A stretch of DNA of 64,000 nucleotides, from positions 5,952,001 through 6,016,000 of the forward strand of contig OX597838.1 of the NCBI GenBank assembly GCA_951406725.2. Reading direction: 5' to 3'. Under the pieces are notes generated by a model. The model did no database searches. It had not been told where the DNA came from and saw only the letters and a list, made by a program, of their open reading frames with translations. Origin of the DNA: Octopus vulgaris (lineage: Eukaryota). Of this stretch, positions 12,886-25,620 are shown piece by piece (the stretch's first letter is position 1; each line of letters begins with the position of its first letter). A program made the translations under genes and the position numbers.

Positions 12886-13139
12886 GCCCCCATAATTACA
12901 TACATATATATTCATGTGGAGGATATCAACCCCATAATTAACCGCTAATATCTACGAGATACTGTCTGTTTCTGTATCATGAAATAGTTGCAAAGGCTAT
13001 TTTGCATTGCTATCCGAAGGAATGATTGCTCTGACGTATACTTTTAAGGCATGTCGGGAGGCGCGTGCATTCACACCTTTGAAAGCAAAGAATAATAATG
13101 GGACATTCCAACACCGATTCCTCGCAAACTAAATAAACC

Positions 13140-13372
13140 TATTTCTTTATTACTCACAAGGGGCTAAACACAGATGGGACAAACAAGGACAGACATAGGT
13201 ATTAAGTCGATTGCATCGACCCCAGTGCGTAACTGTTACTTAATTTATCGACCCCGAAAGGATGAAAGGCAAAGTCTACCTCGGCGGAATTTGAACTCAC
13301 ATCGTAACGACAGACGAAATACGGCTACGCATTTCGTCCAGCGTGCTAGCGTTTCTGCTAGCTCGCCGCCTT
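13140..13372 (-). mobile_element. Full-length family-A SINE
   Basis: Complete head and body; TSD CAAACT(A/C)AATAAACC at 13125-13139 and 13373-13387. Confidence 0.93.
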
Positions 13373-13995
13373 CAAACTCAATAAACCCAATATTCTTCTG
13401 TGCAGCAGGGAACAAATCTTACGCACTATTGTAGAGATTGACTGCACGAGTAAACGACACTATGTATGGTGAAATATTAAAACTTGTACCCGGACTACAA
13501 ATTCTCATCTGCAACAGAATTCGTAGGTGCTTTATGTTATGTAATTACGAATTAATGCGAAAACCTAAAAATGCTAAGGTTTACGGAGATCAGATGAAGT
13601 TATGCGGATTATCTAAATTTAATCTATTAGTGGCAAGAGAAGGTTTATATATAAGATGTTCCTATAATTCTAAACCTGAGATTTTTAGGTGAATTGAAGT
13701 ACACACTTACCCAAGCTCAACGAATAGATCTATTCAAGCACATATTCATATTTACTAACACCGGTCACAGAACGAAAAAAAACGTCTGGTCACTTTGTTA
13801 ACAAGAGGCATGAATTTAGATAACCCTCAAAGAAAACAAGATTTTTATGGGGCGCAACTACGTGGACATTTCCAGACTCCGACTAAAGAAGCAATTGGAT
13901 GGGAATGATTCGTGTAACTTGTCTTGTACTGTTTGCTGTTATTGTGCTGTTTCTGCTTCTAATGTTTTGACGATTTCCGTTTCTTGTGTTTTTTA

Positions 13996-13999
<4 letters not shown>

Positions 14000-14055
<56 letters not shown>
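14000..14055. repeat. (TA)n microsatellite
   Basis: Pure TA array. Confidence 0.95.
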
Positions 14056-14056
<1 letters not shown>

Positions 14057-14506
14057 CTGTTCTAGTATGAATTGTGTTACGTATTATCTTCAAAATTTTC
14101 TAAAATGTCCTGAATTATTTATTTGAACTGTGAGTTTTATTATTTGTAACTTGTCTGAATTCTTAATGCTGTTTGCAGACATTGAACTTTGAAAGTAATA
14201 CTAAATATTTGTTCCAGTCGCTAATAAATTGTACGGAACGAAGTTCTATTCTAGTTACTGAAAGTAATAACTGTCTCACGCTTTATGAGTTAGGAAAAAT
14301 GCCAGCAATTTTGAGGCGAGGGTCTTAATTGTTATCATGGATATCTGTAATTATCGAGAAGAAAATCTCATCGATACTGACAGACGAAAGATTTTATTTA
14401 CCTCAGGAGTAGGGGGTCAGAAGGAATGTAAATAACTTAAATATTTGTCACAAAGAATATATTCGGCTTTCAAACGATGGTGGCGAATATTAGAAACAGG
14501 AAATAA

Positions 14507-14739
14507 GGCGGTGAGGTACAGAAACGTTAATACGCCGGGCGAAATGCGTAGCCGTATTTCGTCGTATGCCGTTACGTACTGAGTTCAAAGTACGCCGAGG
14601 TCGGCTTACTCTTTCATCCTTTCGGAATCGATAAATTAAGTACCACTTACGCACTGGGGGTCGAGGTAATCGAGTTAATACCTTTGTCTGTCTTTGTTTG
14701 GCCCTTTTATTTATAACCCCTTGTGGGTAATAAAGAAAT
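14507..14739 (+). mobile_element. Full-length family-A SINE
   Basis: Complete copy; 20-bp TSD ATATTAGAAAC(A/G)GGAAATAA at 14487-14506 and 14740-14759. Confidence 0.93.
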
Positions 14740-14764
14740 ATATTAGAAACGGGAAATAATTGTT

Positions 14765-15153
14765 ACTACTATAGGCACAAGGCCTTGGTAGCCGAGTACA
14801 TCAACCTAGTGCGTACCTGGCACTTATTTCACGGACCCGGAAAAATGAAAGTCAAAATCGACCTCGGAGGAATTTGATCTCAGAACGTAGCGGCAGACGA
14901 AGTAACGCTAAGTATTTCGCCCGGCATGCTAACGGTTCTGCCAGTTCAACACCTTCGAAATGGGGGTAATAATCAATTCTACTGAGGGGACAAGTCCTGA
15001 AATTTGTGGTGGTGTTGGTGGCGGTGGGGGTAGACGATTGCGTCGACTACAGTCCCTAACTGTTATTTAATTCATTGACCCCGAAAGAATGAAAGGCAAA
15101 GTAGACCTAAGCATTTCGCCTGGCGTGTTAACGATTCTGCCAGCTCGCCGCCT
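14765..15153 (-). mobile_element. Two family-A (tail B) SINE copies
   Basis: ACTATAGGCACAAGGCC tail and reverse-complement head GCTAACGGTTCTGCCAG; second, internally deleted copy ends GCCAGCTCGCCGCC at about 15152. Confidence 0.8.
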
Positions 15154-15275
15154 TTAGGAGCGGGAAATAATGTTCGCATTCAAATAATACCGGTTTCCCA
15201 TTACAAGCACGCGAAATGTGTATTCTAACCAACCTTTCCGTTCGACATTACAAATATCAATCACAGATTTATTAC

Positions 15276-15304
<29 letters not shown>

Positions 15305-15309
<5 letters not shown>

Positions 15310-15683
15310 TTTTTTTACTACCCACTAGGGGCTAAACATAGATGGGACAAACAAATACGGACAAAGTGATTAAGTCGATTACATCCACCCCAGTGCGAAA
15401 CTGGTACTTTATTCATCGACCCCGAAAGGATGCAACGCCAGACGAAATACCTGTTTCATTACTACCCACAAGAGACTAAACATAGAGGGAACAAACAAAA
15501 ACGGACAAAGGGATTAAATCGATTATATCGACCCCAGTACGTAGCTGGAACTTAATTTATCGACCCCGAAAGGATGAAAAGCAAAGTCGACCTCGGCGTA
15601 ATTTGAACTCAGAACGTAACGGCAGACGAAATACGGCTACGCATTTCGCCCGGTGTGCTAACGTTTCTGCCAGCTCGCCGCCT
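15305..15683 (-). mobile_element. Family-A SINE dimer (second unit internally deleted) abutting (TA)n
   Basis: Head at about 15620-15683; unit junction GAAATACCTGTTTC at 15444-15457. Confidence 0.9.
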
Positions 15684-16564
15684 TTGTCCATGAAATATAT
15701 AAAGAGTATATGTAAAGTGCATTAAGTAACCATCGTATTCCAATTTCCTTAACTTTTCAATGATTAGCAGATTAGCGACTATCTTTTAATACGCTTTCAG
15801 GATTTTGAGATAAAATGTTCTGATATAACCTACTAATTCCTGCAAGTCGTTAATATTATGTTACGTGTTCAACAGGTGAAAAGGCCACATGTGAACGATG
15901 TTAACAAGAAGTGAAATTTCATATTAACTTGATATGCGATTGGGCAGCTGTAGTGGATTCTTACGATGCTAGTTTCGAACGTACACCATCCTGATAAACT
16001 TTTGTAAATAATGAGATGCAGAAAAAAAAAAGAAAAAAAACAAAAATCCTTCCTACGCGTCACGTGATTACAAACCCACGAGAGGTCTTACCATGGAAAT
16101 TATTATCGGAGAACATCACTTTACAATATCTACTGTACAGGTAAAATAATTTTTTTTTCATATATATTTTAGTTGTGGCGATGTTTCTATAATATCCGAA
16201 AATATTGAATTGTAATATCTTACATTTTAATTTATTTGAATTCCTAATGCCTTTTCAGGATATTGAAATTTGAAAGTATTAGAAAATATTCGTTCATATA
16301 TTTTTTTTAGTATTCGGGGCGTGTTGAATTCCTCCTAGTACAATTCATAACGGTTTGCTAATTTAAGCACAAAACCAGAAACTATTTGACTGAAAGTTCA
16401 GACAACCCGTTAACATTAGCTCATGACACGTGTTAGATTTTACCGACCATGAAATTATAAAAGGCGAATTTTTACCTCGGTGGAATTTGAACTCAGAATA
16501 TAAAGAGTGGAACCTAATGACATTAACGGAAAGTCTTTATCTCGCTGCTTTAGTAGTTATAGTT

Positions 16565-16780
16565 AAAGCACGGATGGCGAAATGCTTTGCGGTATTTCGT
16601 CCGCCGCTGCGTTCTGAGTTCAAATTCAGCCGAGGTCGACTTTGCCTTTCATCCCTTCGGGGTCGATTTAATAAGTACCAGTTACGCACTGGGGTCGATA
16701 TAACCGACTTAATCCGTTTGCCTATTCTTGTGTGTCCTCTGTGTTTAGCCCCATGTGGGTAGTAAAGAAATAGATATTTC
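16565..16780 (+). mobile_element. Family-A SINE, slightly 5'-eroded
   Basis: GGCGAAATGCTTTGCGGTATTTCGTC ... AAAGAAATAGATATTTC; a degenerate minus-strand copy lies just upstream (about 16365-16520). Confidence 0.88.
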
Positions 16781-18014
16781 TAGCATGGTGGATTCATTCT
16801 CTGGAATGTTTGTATTGGAAATAAATGCCACGCCGCAATTTCACTAAAGTATATTTTAAATCGAATATTTTTATCTTGCGATACTTCATCCTGCAGCAAA
16901 TATCACTGTTACACACACAAGAGTCGGGGATATCTATAAAATAAGCATTTACTGCTCGGATTCCTTAGTTTCTAGAGCGTAACAGAACATGTGATTGCAA
17001 TATATTCCTTTACTGCCCGTTTTGTGACACCTCTTTCAAAATTTCTATTCGTATGCGTCACCCCCAAGCCCTAAACACCCCCATGCTGAGTACGGTTGAA
17101 CATGGTCGGCTCTGTGCATGATTACGCCTCTAGGACCACCAACTAGCTATAGAGCCCAATCTCATGACGCGAAGAAGAGTATATTATTTAAAAAAATTGA
17201 TTTACTGTTGATCAATATCAGAACGCATTTTTTTATATGATCTTGCGTAAACGTTGCAGTACCAACTGACTAAACGGTACTACACCGGTTTCTTGTGCAA
17301 GTAGAGCGTTTAGCAGTAGCTCAATTCATTCAACATTGTTGAGATCCTCCTCTTATTGTAAAGTTTGGCCCAAAGGCTCGAGAATTTGTATACTGTTCCT
17401 ACTTAGCTGCTGTTTCAACTTTTTCCTCGGTAACGATACATCAATACGTTTTACTTTGACAATAGGCGTACCTTTCCCTTAGGCATGCCACGTGTCAGTA
17501 TTTCATTACTACAAAGATAACCCTTTGTCACTGACGAGATAATCCTTGTCAAATGCTAACAACTAACAAACAATCATGTCTCTAGATGGCAAAATTTTGT
17601 GCTCCTGATGTGCTTGAAAATAATTCATTATTTTGTTTTAGTGAAGGTAGTTTTCATTTTAACAGGATCGTCTTGTGTTATGAACACTTAGGCGTGTAAG
17701 TGTCGCGCCATTATCTCCAGGAGATTTAAGAAAATCATTATTATCGTATTTCCTGCAACACGTCTCTTACGACAGTTCATTTATCCTGATTCCGTTTTCT
17801 CTATGGTGGCCTATTATAACTGTACAAGACGTAGATAAATGTGTGATCATAACAGGAAACAAAACAGGCTTTTCGCTATTTACTGAAAACAATCCGGACG
17901 TAACAAGATTGTTTTGAGTCAATATAAAACAAAACCTTCCAAGTGTGATATGAATTTCTAATTCCGCCTGGCTTCAAGATATACTGAAATTGGAATTGAC
18001 TACTTCGTAGCATA

Positions 18015-18155
18015 GTTTCAGATTTTGGTACACAGCCAGCAACTTCGGCAGAGGGACCAAATCGATTTCATTGACACCAATACCTAACTGATATTTCTTT
18101 CAATTCCGACCTCGGCGGGATTTGAATTCAGAACTTGAAGACGGACGAAATACCT
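18015..18155 (-). mobile_element. Degenerate family-A SINE
   Basis: CCGACCTCGGCGGGATTTGAATTCAGAAC...GACGGACGAAATAC. Confidence 0.65.
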
Positions 18156-18163
18156 CGCGGGCA

Positions 18164-18222
18164 ATAATAATAATAATAATAATAGTAATAATAATAGTAA
18201 TAATAGTAGTAATAATAATAAT
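18164..18222. repeat. (TAA/TAG)n microsatellite
   Basis: Directly visible. Confidence 0.93.
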
Positions 18223-18799
18223 GATCACAAGGAAGGTACTTAGAAATATGTTTTTATGCAGTATTGACAAGTGACCAATAGATTCCTTTTTATTTCGGTC
18301 TGATTAGGAATACGTATCTTTCCATGTGATCACACGTGATGTCATACAAACGGTGACCTACGATTTTTTTGTTTATACCAGTCATTATCCTGTCCTCAAT
18401 ATATTATTCCCAAAGGTATATCGTTGTATTTTCCTTTCAATTTATTATCCTGAAACATAACCGTAGCGAAAATGCTGTTCATGTAAAAAAAAAAAAACAG
18501 CAAATACACGCACTCACAAAGACGCATGCGCACACAAAATGAAAAAGGAATAATGGTATTTGCTTATTTAATTGTGCCTAGATAAATATATGAAGCTCAT
18601 TAGTTATGCCGTTTCTTGTATATCATTCTGTAAAACAGCATATTAACTGGGGAATGCACCCATGGATTCAGAAAGTAGATTGGTGATGGACTACAACTCC
18701 CGATCCTACTTTAGGGTTATCTGGTGTCCTACACCAATCTGAAAGCTTCTTTGCTAGCCTGATGTATTCATATACAGAAACTTCGAAAATAATTATTCC

Positions 18800-18832
<33 letters not shown>

Positions 18833-18834
<2 letters not shown>

Positions 18835-19203
18835 AGCTTTTAGGTGTTTTCGCTCAATAAACACTCACAACACCCAGTCTGGGAATCGAAACATATAATG
18901 TGTGGAGGCGCAATGGCCCAGTGGTTAGGGCAGCTGACTCGCGGTCGCAGGATCGCGGTTTCGATTCCCAGACTGGGCGTTGTGAGCGTTTATTGAGCGA
19001 AAACACCTAAAAGCTCCACGACGCTCCGGCAGGGGGTGGTCATCCCTGCTGTACTCTTTTACCACTCTTTCTCCCACTCTTTCTTCTGTTGGCCTGCTCG
19101 CTTAGCCAGCGGGGTGGCGTCATTCGAAGGCTAAAACAATGCGAACGCATTGTGACTAGCGATGTGTAACACCATCTGATGGTCTGGTCGGTCACGTGAT
19201 ATA
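18833..19203 (+). mobile_element. Family-B SINE with tail Y (18904-19203) preceded by an inverted copy of its own internal segment (18833-18892)
   Basis: Shares the first about 180 nt with the 10423 copy but has a different tail; 18833-18892 is the reverse complement of 18958-19017. Confidence 0.9.
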
Positions 19204-19210
19204 ACACGTG

Positions 19211-19243
<33 letters not shown>

Positions 19244-20428
19244 ATAATATGTGTATGTGTAAATTTGTCTTAAGGTCAACGTTTCTTTCATGTTAAAATA
19301 TCTTAACAATTTCACCATGTGACTGGCTAGAAAAATTCATATTTTCTAAACATGAAAGCAAGTTTAGCCTTAATGCATAAATATTCATCAACCAATGCCG
19401 TGTTGTGCAATCATTCTCATTTGCGCATAAATATACACGTGTGTGCGTGTGCATAATCATTGCATTGTTTGTATTAGAATTACTAAATCAGAATATTTCA
19501 GTATATGGTTCAACCCGGTGCTTATATCTATCGTTTCGTTCCCTGAATCTACTGTCAATTACATTGCATCTTAAGAAGACAACTATTTTCCTTCATTGAC
19601 ACTCAAAATGCAGGAGTAAAGTCAATTAAGTTTTTCTCCAACGTCTTGAGTATCGTCAATTCAGTTCGTATAATCTCTCACATCCTAAATTGTAGTGACT
19701 ATTACGGCTGGAACACCGTTAGCTTAGAAGTGACTGTTAGATTAGAAGTGACAATAGACTAATCGAAAGTAATATAAAATAATGGTTTACTTACCACTGA
19801 ATTCTGTCTCCCTTATTATAGAGCAGAAATGTGAATTACTATTTTTAGGACATGGTTTTGGAGGCGGTGGGGACTGCTCACATTCTCCATAATATTTGTC
19901 TCTCCGTGAATCGCAACGTGAACACGAGATCATTGCGTGAACAACTGGAAAAGATGGAAAAGAAAATTATTAGTATTAAAGAGCACATTTAATGACATGT
20001 AAATTAAATAGCAATAAATAACTTGAAGATGCCTCGCCCTTTTATAGCTTACATAGAATTAGAAAAAGGATCTTAGTGGAATTACGCTCCATACTATTGT
20101 TCGGAAGACATCATAGAAGGCTGCGAGCAGGCAGTATATTCAGAGGTCTGCAAGATCACTTGCAGTGCGTTTCGGTTTAGTTTCTGAATTTACTGAAAGA
20201 ATATTCGCATTGAATCATTTGTGGCCGATATGATAAAATACCAATGAAGATTTATTTTAACGGCAAGCAGTTTATATTCAAAATAGGACTTTTGCTGAGA
20301 GCAGAGATCATTTATCCATAATCAAATCTTTGACTGGGGATAATAGTTCGAATATGTCACGATATTTGTTCCGCCTCACAACATTGAGTTTAAATGCTGT
20401 CAATGGTTGTCAAGTGATGTTGAGGTAT

Positions 20429-20465
<37 letters not shown>

Positions 20466-20486
20466 CAAACAAACACACACACACAC

Positions 20487-20600
20487 TTTCTGTTTCGACT
20501 ACCAAATCCATGTTCTGGTCGGCCTAAGTCTATAGAGGACACTTGACTAAGGTGCGCGCAGTGGGACTGAACCCGGGACTATGAGGTTGGAAAGCAAGAT
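20487..20600 (-). mobile_element. Family-C SINE 5' fragment
   Basis: CTACCAAATCCA...GACACTTG...GCAGTGGGACTGAACCCGG is the reverse complement of the 25216 copy. Confidence 0.7.
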
Positions 20601-21904
20601 ACGTAAAATATTGATGGGGTCTTTTGCTTAGAGTATAGATAACCTGTTGCAAAACACTCGTACAAGAACGCTATCTCATGCCCATAATTCGATATATTCT
20701 ATTCAAGTAAGACATTTAGTACTTGTCTTAACTGCTGTCGTTAGTGTTTAGTAGAACAACATGGAAAACCGCCTTTTTTTGCAGAGAAGTATTAGCTTAT
20801 CTCAAATCTGTTTTCAGGCATGTCGTTTATTACTCATTACAATCTCTTATTCGCTAAAGCCACTCGTCGCTGGAGCATGCATCTGGGATTACTCATGTTC
20901 GCCTTGTATTTGCTATTAACCTTAAGGAAATTGCATTAACCCTCATTCGTGGCGAAAAGATATGGCAGAATAAATACGTGGCTTTGCTGACGCCTTATCT
21001 CAAAATTAGAAGTATTTTCCCTGGTATGCAAAACGAAATAATCATGCTGAAATGAGACACAAACAATAAGAAATACAATTTCATGTTTGCTGTTCTACAA
21101 GTATTTCCTCTAAATATCTCGAGGCCTGAACTGAGAATATTCAATAATAGTTTCTTTGGACGTGGGCACTGTTCTATCGAGCAAGATAAAATGCCGAATG
21201 CGCGATAGATTTTCGTTTTGCTTCTCTTAAATTTCTAGTTTCAGTTTTCTTATTAGCTCCGCTGATGCCCCGAATATCCTGATGATAAGACACCCACATT
21301 CCATCATGTAGATACGCTTGAAATTAAAGATTTTCATAGAAAGTTGAAGTGAAAGCATGAAATCAGCGAATAAACATGTTTAAGTTGAGGCATTTCTAGT
21401 TGTTCTATTTTACGGATTGCCTGAGTCAACGTCTAGTCGAAGACATATATGTTAAGTAGGTGTTACTAATATCAGCGTGCCGTCTCTTTACTAGATCAAA
21501 ACCCAGAGACATCCCAGTTTCTGGTTTCGGCAAGATCAATTAAACTGAGAAATAAGCACGAGTTAGAGACGGGTTTATTTAAGCCTTCATCTATTAAGAG
21601 TAGCTCTGAGCAAATGAGATATATCTCGTAAACGGAACGCTATAATGGACATTTTGGGTGATCCCCTACTGCTTTTAGTGTTCTATGTAGATGTGAGAAT
21701 AAGTGCTGTCTACATATGAAGTCAATTGATGAGAGGAAAACTATTGGCCTCTGAATTGCTGATAAAGAAACAAAAGATTACTCAATTGTATAAAATAAAC
21801 AGCATTCTTTACAAAAGCAGACATTACAAGGGTTAATAACATTAGCAACTCACTCAGTTCATGGTAATTATTGTCGGAGCTAGTGTATTTTTACTTCGAA
21901 TGTT

Positions 21905-22040
21905 AGTTTCAAATTTTGCCATGAGGACGGTAAGATCGGGCTACTCGACCAGGTAATATTTGAACTCATAACGTAAAAACGGGTAAAATGCCGTTAAGCA
22001 TTTTTTGCCAGTGCACCAATTCTGCCGGGTCCCCGCCTTT
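21905..22040 (-). mobile_element. Degenerate family-A SINE
   Basis: TTTGAACTCATAACGTAAAAACGG...AAATGCCGTTAAGCATTT...TTCTGCC...CCGCCTT. Confidence 0.55.
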
Positions 22041-23104
22041 CCTACCCTAAATATCAAGTAATGAAAGGAGACATCAATGTAGTTCGGCAGCATCCCAAAG
22101 GAAACGAATGCAACTCTTCAAAGGTTTCGGTGCTAATGAATGAAATAAGTTACAGAACTACAACGCTGACTAGAACGGAATTACGAAGCTTTGAAGATTC
22201 GAAAAGCTGATAATTTCAATTACACATATATTGTACTTACTTAAACATTGTCAAGAAGTAAGAGAGTACATGATTCAACACTATTTTGGATATGAACAAA
22301 GACAAATTTAATTTGTAGTGCAAACTCGAACCTAATTCTGTTTTATCACACGATTAATAAAAGAACAAAACATATATATACACAATGCTGATAATTAGAT
22401 AAAAATGTGAAGTTTCTTCACAAAATTATCCAGGAAGATTTTGGAGATAGTTTTTTCTTGATTCATTCTTATTTATTTTTGTTTGGCCTTTATTTGGAAT
22501 TATTTTCGTGCGTGATTAAATATGCGTGTGATGGAAACTGACAAACTTGTCAAAGACTATTCCCTCGAGGAATTTCCAAGTTTTATTCCAATGGTTTGGC
22601 CATCTCTCATTTGATTTGTGTTAGAAAATTACCTATGAGAATTGAATATACAGAGGTGATATAAGTGGAGAAATCGGTGAACATTTAGAAGTTTGGCAAA
22701 GTAAGACTAGGACCGTTGGGTTCTGTTCAAATAAACATAAGCTGACGTGCGAAGAACAGTAATGTTAACCTACTAAAATTTACATTATGATAGGTAGCAT
22801 AAATAACAAAAAGAAAAAAAAGAAACTTGTAAATAAAATGAGAAAAACAAAAGGATAGTGAATAATTTTCCCAACATTAAACAAAAAATGAGATTCAAGG
22901 ATGAGAGTAGTGAACGAATTGATAAATAAAATTAACGTGATATGTTGTAGTTATACAAAAAAGTAACTTCTAAGTTCGTTCGATCCGTCCATTCTAAAGG
23001 CTACCAATTGTGTTCGGAAGTGGCATAGCTGCTCTTCTACATTTATCAGTTGCTCAATTTAACATTACCAATATTAGACAGGACAATGTAAAGGTGAGCA
23101 AATT

Positions 23105-23322
23105 GGTGAACTGGCAGAATAGTTATCAACTGAGGGGGAGGATATACGTAGTGGTATTTAATCAATCTTTACGTTTCTGAGTTCAAATCCCGCCGTCATC
23201 GACTTAGCTTTTCATCGGCTCAAGCTTGGTGACTAGTAGTTGTAGAGATCTGGGTCAATGTAATCGATTTAACCCACTTCCTTCAAAAATCGCTGTCCAT
23301 TTTCTAAACTTTGATACCAATA
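23105..23322 (+). mobile_element. Degenerate family-A (tail B) SINE
   Basis: GGTGAACTGGCAGAAT head, TCTGAGTTCAAATCCCGCCG B-box, GGGTCAATGTAATCGAT. Confidence 0.7.
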
Positions 23323-23510
23323 TTGCTAAATTGTCAAGGCAGGCACTGATTGGAAGCAACAAAGCGGGGTGAAGAATGTATTATGTGTATGCACATACGT
23401 AATAGGCATTTAAATGTGCATTACTATATAAACATCTGCGTCTGTGTGTATATACAAACATGCTTGCGTGTGTATGTGTAATGTGTATACTACACTCTAA
23501 TATATTACAA

Positions 23511-23546
<36 letters not shown>

Positions 23547-23550
<4 letters not shown>

Positions 23551-23880
23551 CTCGTTGACCTGTTTTTTACTGTTTTTATTTGTATAGTTTTTACTGTCCT
23601 GTTCTTGTTACCACTTTTAGCCCTCCGCAAAAAATCCCAAATTTTATTTAATTTGCTTTGCGGGAAGGATTGTTTCAACGAAGTCGTGTCTTGCCGTTAC
23701 CTTCGAAACACGGAGTAGACGAAGCAGGAGCGGCTGAAGAAGTGGAATATTCCTTGTGTTGTATGTTTTGTACTCTGTTTTTTCGTTGCTTGAAAAAAGT
23801 CCGTTTCCATGGTTTTGTTTTTATGTTCTCGTTTCTCATTGTATTCGACGTTTAGTTTTTTTGGGTTTCCTGTACCCATA
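23547..23880 (+). repeat. TA-flanked T-rich dispersed element
   Basis: Bounded by (TA)n on the left and TA-rich sequence on the right; hairpin CCCTCCGCAAA(23621)/TTTGCGGGAAGG(23657); weak similarity to 13860-14000. Confidence 0.4.
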
Positions 23881-24517
23881 TATGCATGTATATATACATA
23901 TAGATGTAGGTATGTATATATGCATATATATATGCATATGTTTTATTTATTATTTTATTATATATATATGTATGTAAAGTGATGAAAGTGGCGCCAAAAT
24001 CCTATTAGGTTTATGACTGCACATGATAGAACATACGTCTACAATTCGTCGAGATATTAATTGGTTTGTCATTGGACATAATAACATCGTTTTATTTTTA
24101 TGTTCCTGGGTTAATGTTTTAACAATAAATTCCCTTCATGATAACTCCACTCATCCTACCTCAATTATAATCACTTCCTGTTGATATGCGCCTGTAAGAG
24201 TACATAAATATGTGTGTGTGTGTGCATAATGTGAGTTATATATTTTCTTAAAATAATATAAATATATATAGTACGCGAATTAGTGTATAGAACAAAACAT
24301 ATTGAAAAAAACAGTCGCAGTATGATGCACGATAGCATGGACACGTCTGCAAAAGAATACACACATATATACGTCAAGCGCTATAATTTTAAATGCTTTT
24401 TTCTTAATTATATTTTTTGTCATTTTTAATATTTACTCACGAACGAAGCTCTTTTATTTCCAATCTGAAGTGCATTTATATTTGAAGATAAATTTTATTG
24501 TTTTTGTTTCTTTCTTC

Positions 24518-24519
<2 letters not shown>

Positions 24520-24550
<31 letters not shown>
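24520..24550. repeat. (TAA)n microsatellite
   Basis: Directly visible. Confidence 0.93.
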
Positions 24551-24551
<1 letters not shown>

Positions 24552-25087
24552 TTAATTGGTCTTGGCGTTATACAAATTCTTTTGCCCTAAAGCATTGTGG
24601 TGGTAATATACACGTCGTGTTCTTAAGTATAGCACGCTCTATTTTTCTAGTGAATAACTTAACATTTCATCTTTTGACATGTAATTAATGTGTGTGTTCA
24701 TTCTCGTACAAATTTCAATCCCCTAAAAAAATTTGCAATTGATAATGTCTGGTGCTGGACTACGTTTCCTGTATCTGTTGTAGGTGCAGATTTTTTTTAT
24801 TCTCTACTATTTTTCTAGTTCGATTTTACCCGGATCCCCAAAAGACACGCATATACACACATACACACACGCGCACACACTACATTCGAAGTGAAAGATA
24901 GTGAGATGCTTTCTCATGAAGCTAAATTTATTTTTCTGTCGTCTGTCTGGTGTCTTTTGCAATGTGATGGAAAAAAAAGAGAAGCATCATTTCCAACCGA
25001 AATAATTGTAATACGTGTGCAGGGACTTTCTTCTGATAAAAAGAAAAACGCGCACCTTTCCTTCTAGACATTCTGTGTGTATGCATG

Positions 25088-25089
<2 letters not shown>

Positions 25090-25138
<49 letters not shown>
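25090..25138. repeat. (TG)n microsatellite
   Basis: Pure TG array. Confidence 0.96.
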
Positions 25139-25141
<3 letters not shown>

Positions 25142-25215
25142 GTTGTTTCCCTGTATGTATGTTCACACGTGTGTGAGTGTTCATGAATTCAAAAGTATGT
25201 GTATATTTTTACATA

Positions 25216-25620
25216 CGCAGGAGTGGCTGTGTGGTAAGTAGCTTGCTAACCAACCACATGGTTCCGGGTTCAGTCCCACTGCGTGGCATCTTGGGCAAGT
25301 GTCTTCTGCTATAGCCCCGGGCCGACCAATGCCTTGTGAGTGGATTTGGTAGACAGAAACTGAAAGAAGCCTGTCGTATATATGTATATATATGTATATA
25401 TGTGTGTATGTGTTTGTCCCCCTAGCATTGTTTGACAACCGATGCTGGTGTGTTTACGTCCCTGTCACTTAGCGGTTCGGCAAAAAGAGACCGATAGAAT
25501 AAGTACTGGGCTTATAAAAAAAAAAGAATAAGTCCCGGAGTCGAGTTGCTCGACTAAAAGGCGGTGCTCCAGCATGGCCGCAGTCAAATGACTGAAACAA
25601 GTAAATGAGTAAATGAGAGT
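25216..25620 (+). mobile_element. Full-length family-C tRNA-derived SINE with CORE-like segment and internal (TA/TG) microsatellite
   Basis: A-box TGGCTGTGTGG, B-box GGTTCAGTCCC, CORE-like CTTGGGCAAGT, tail GGCGGTGCTCCAGCATGGCCGCAGTCAAATGACTGAAAC followed by short GTAAATGA repeats. Confidence 0.88.

Noticed and set aside
16430-16762. Recurrent peptide LRSEFKF...GRLCLSSFRGR...YQLRTGVD in several ORFs (also 28339, 9742, 5401)
   Set aside because: It is the family-A SINE read in frame, not a gene family.
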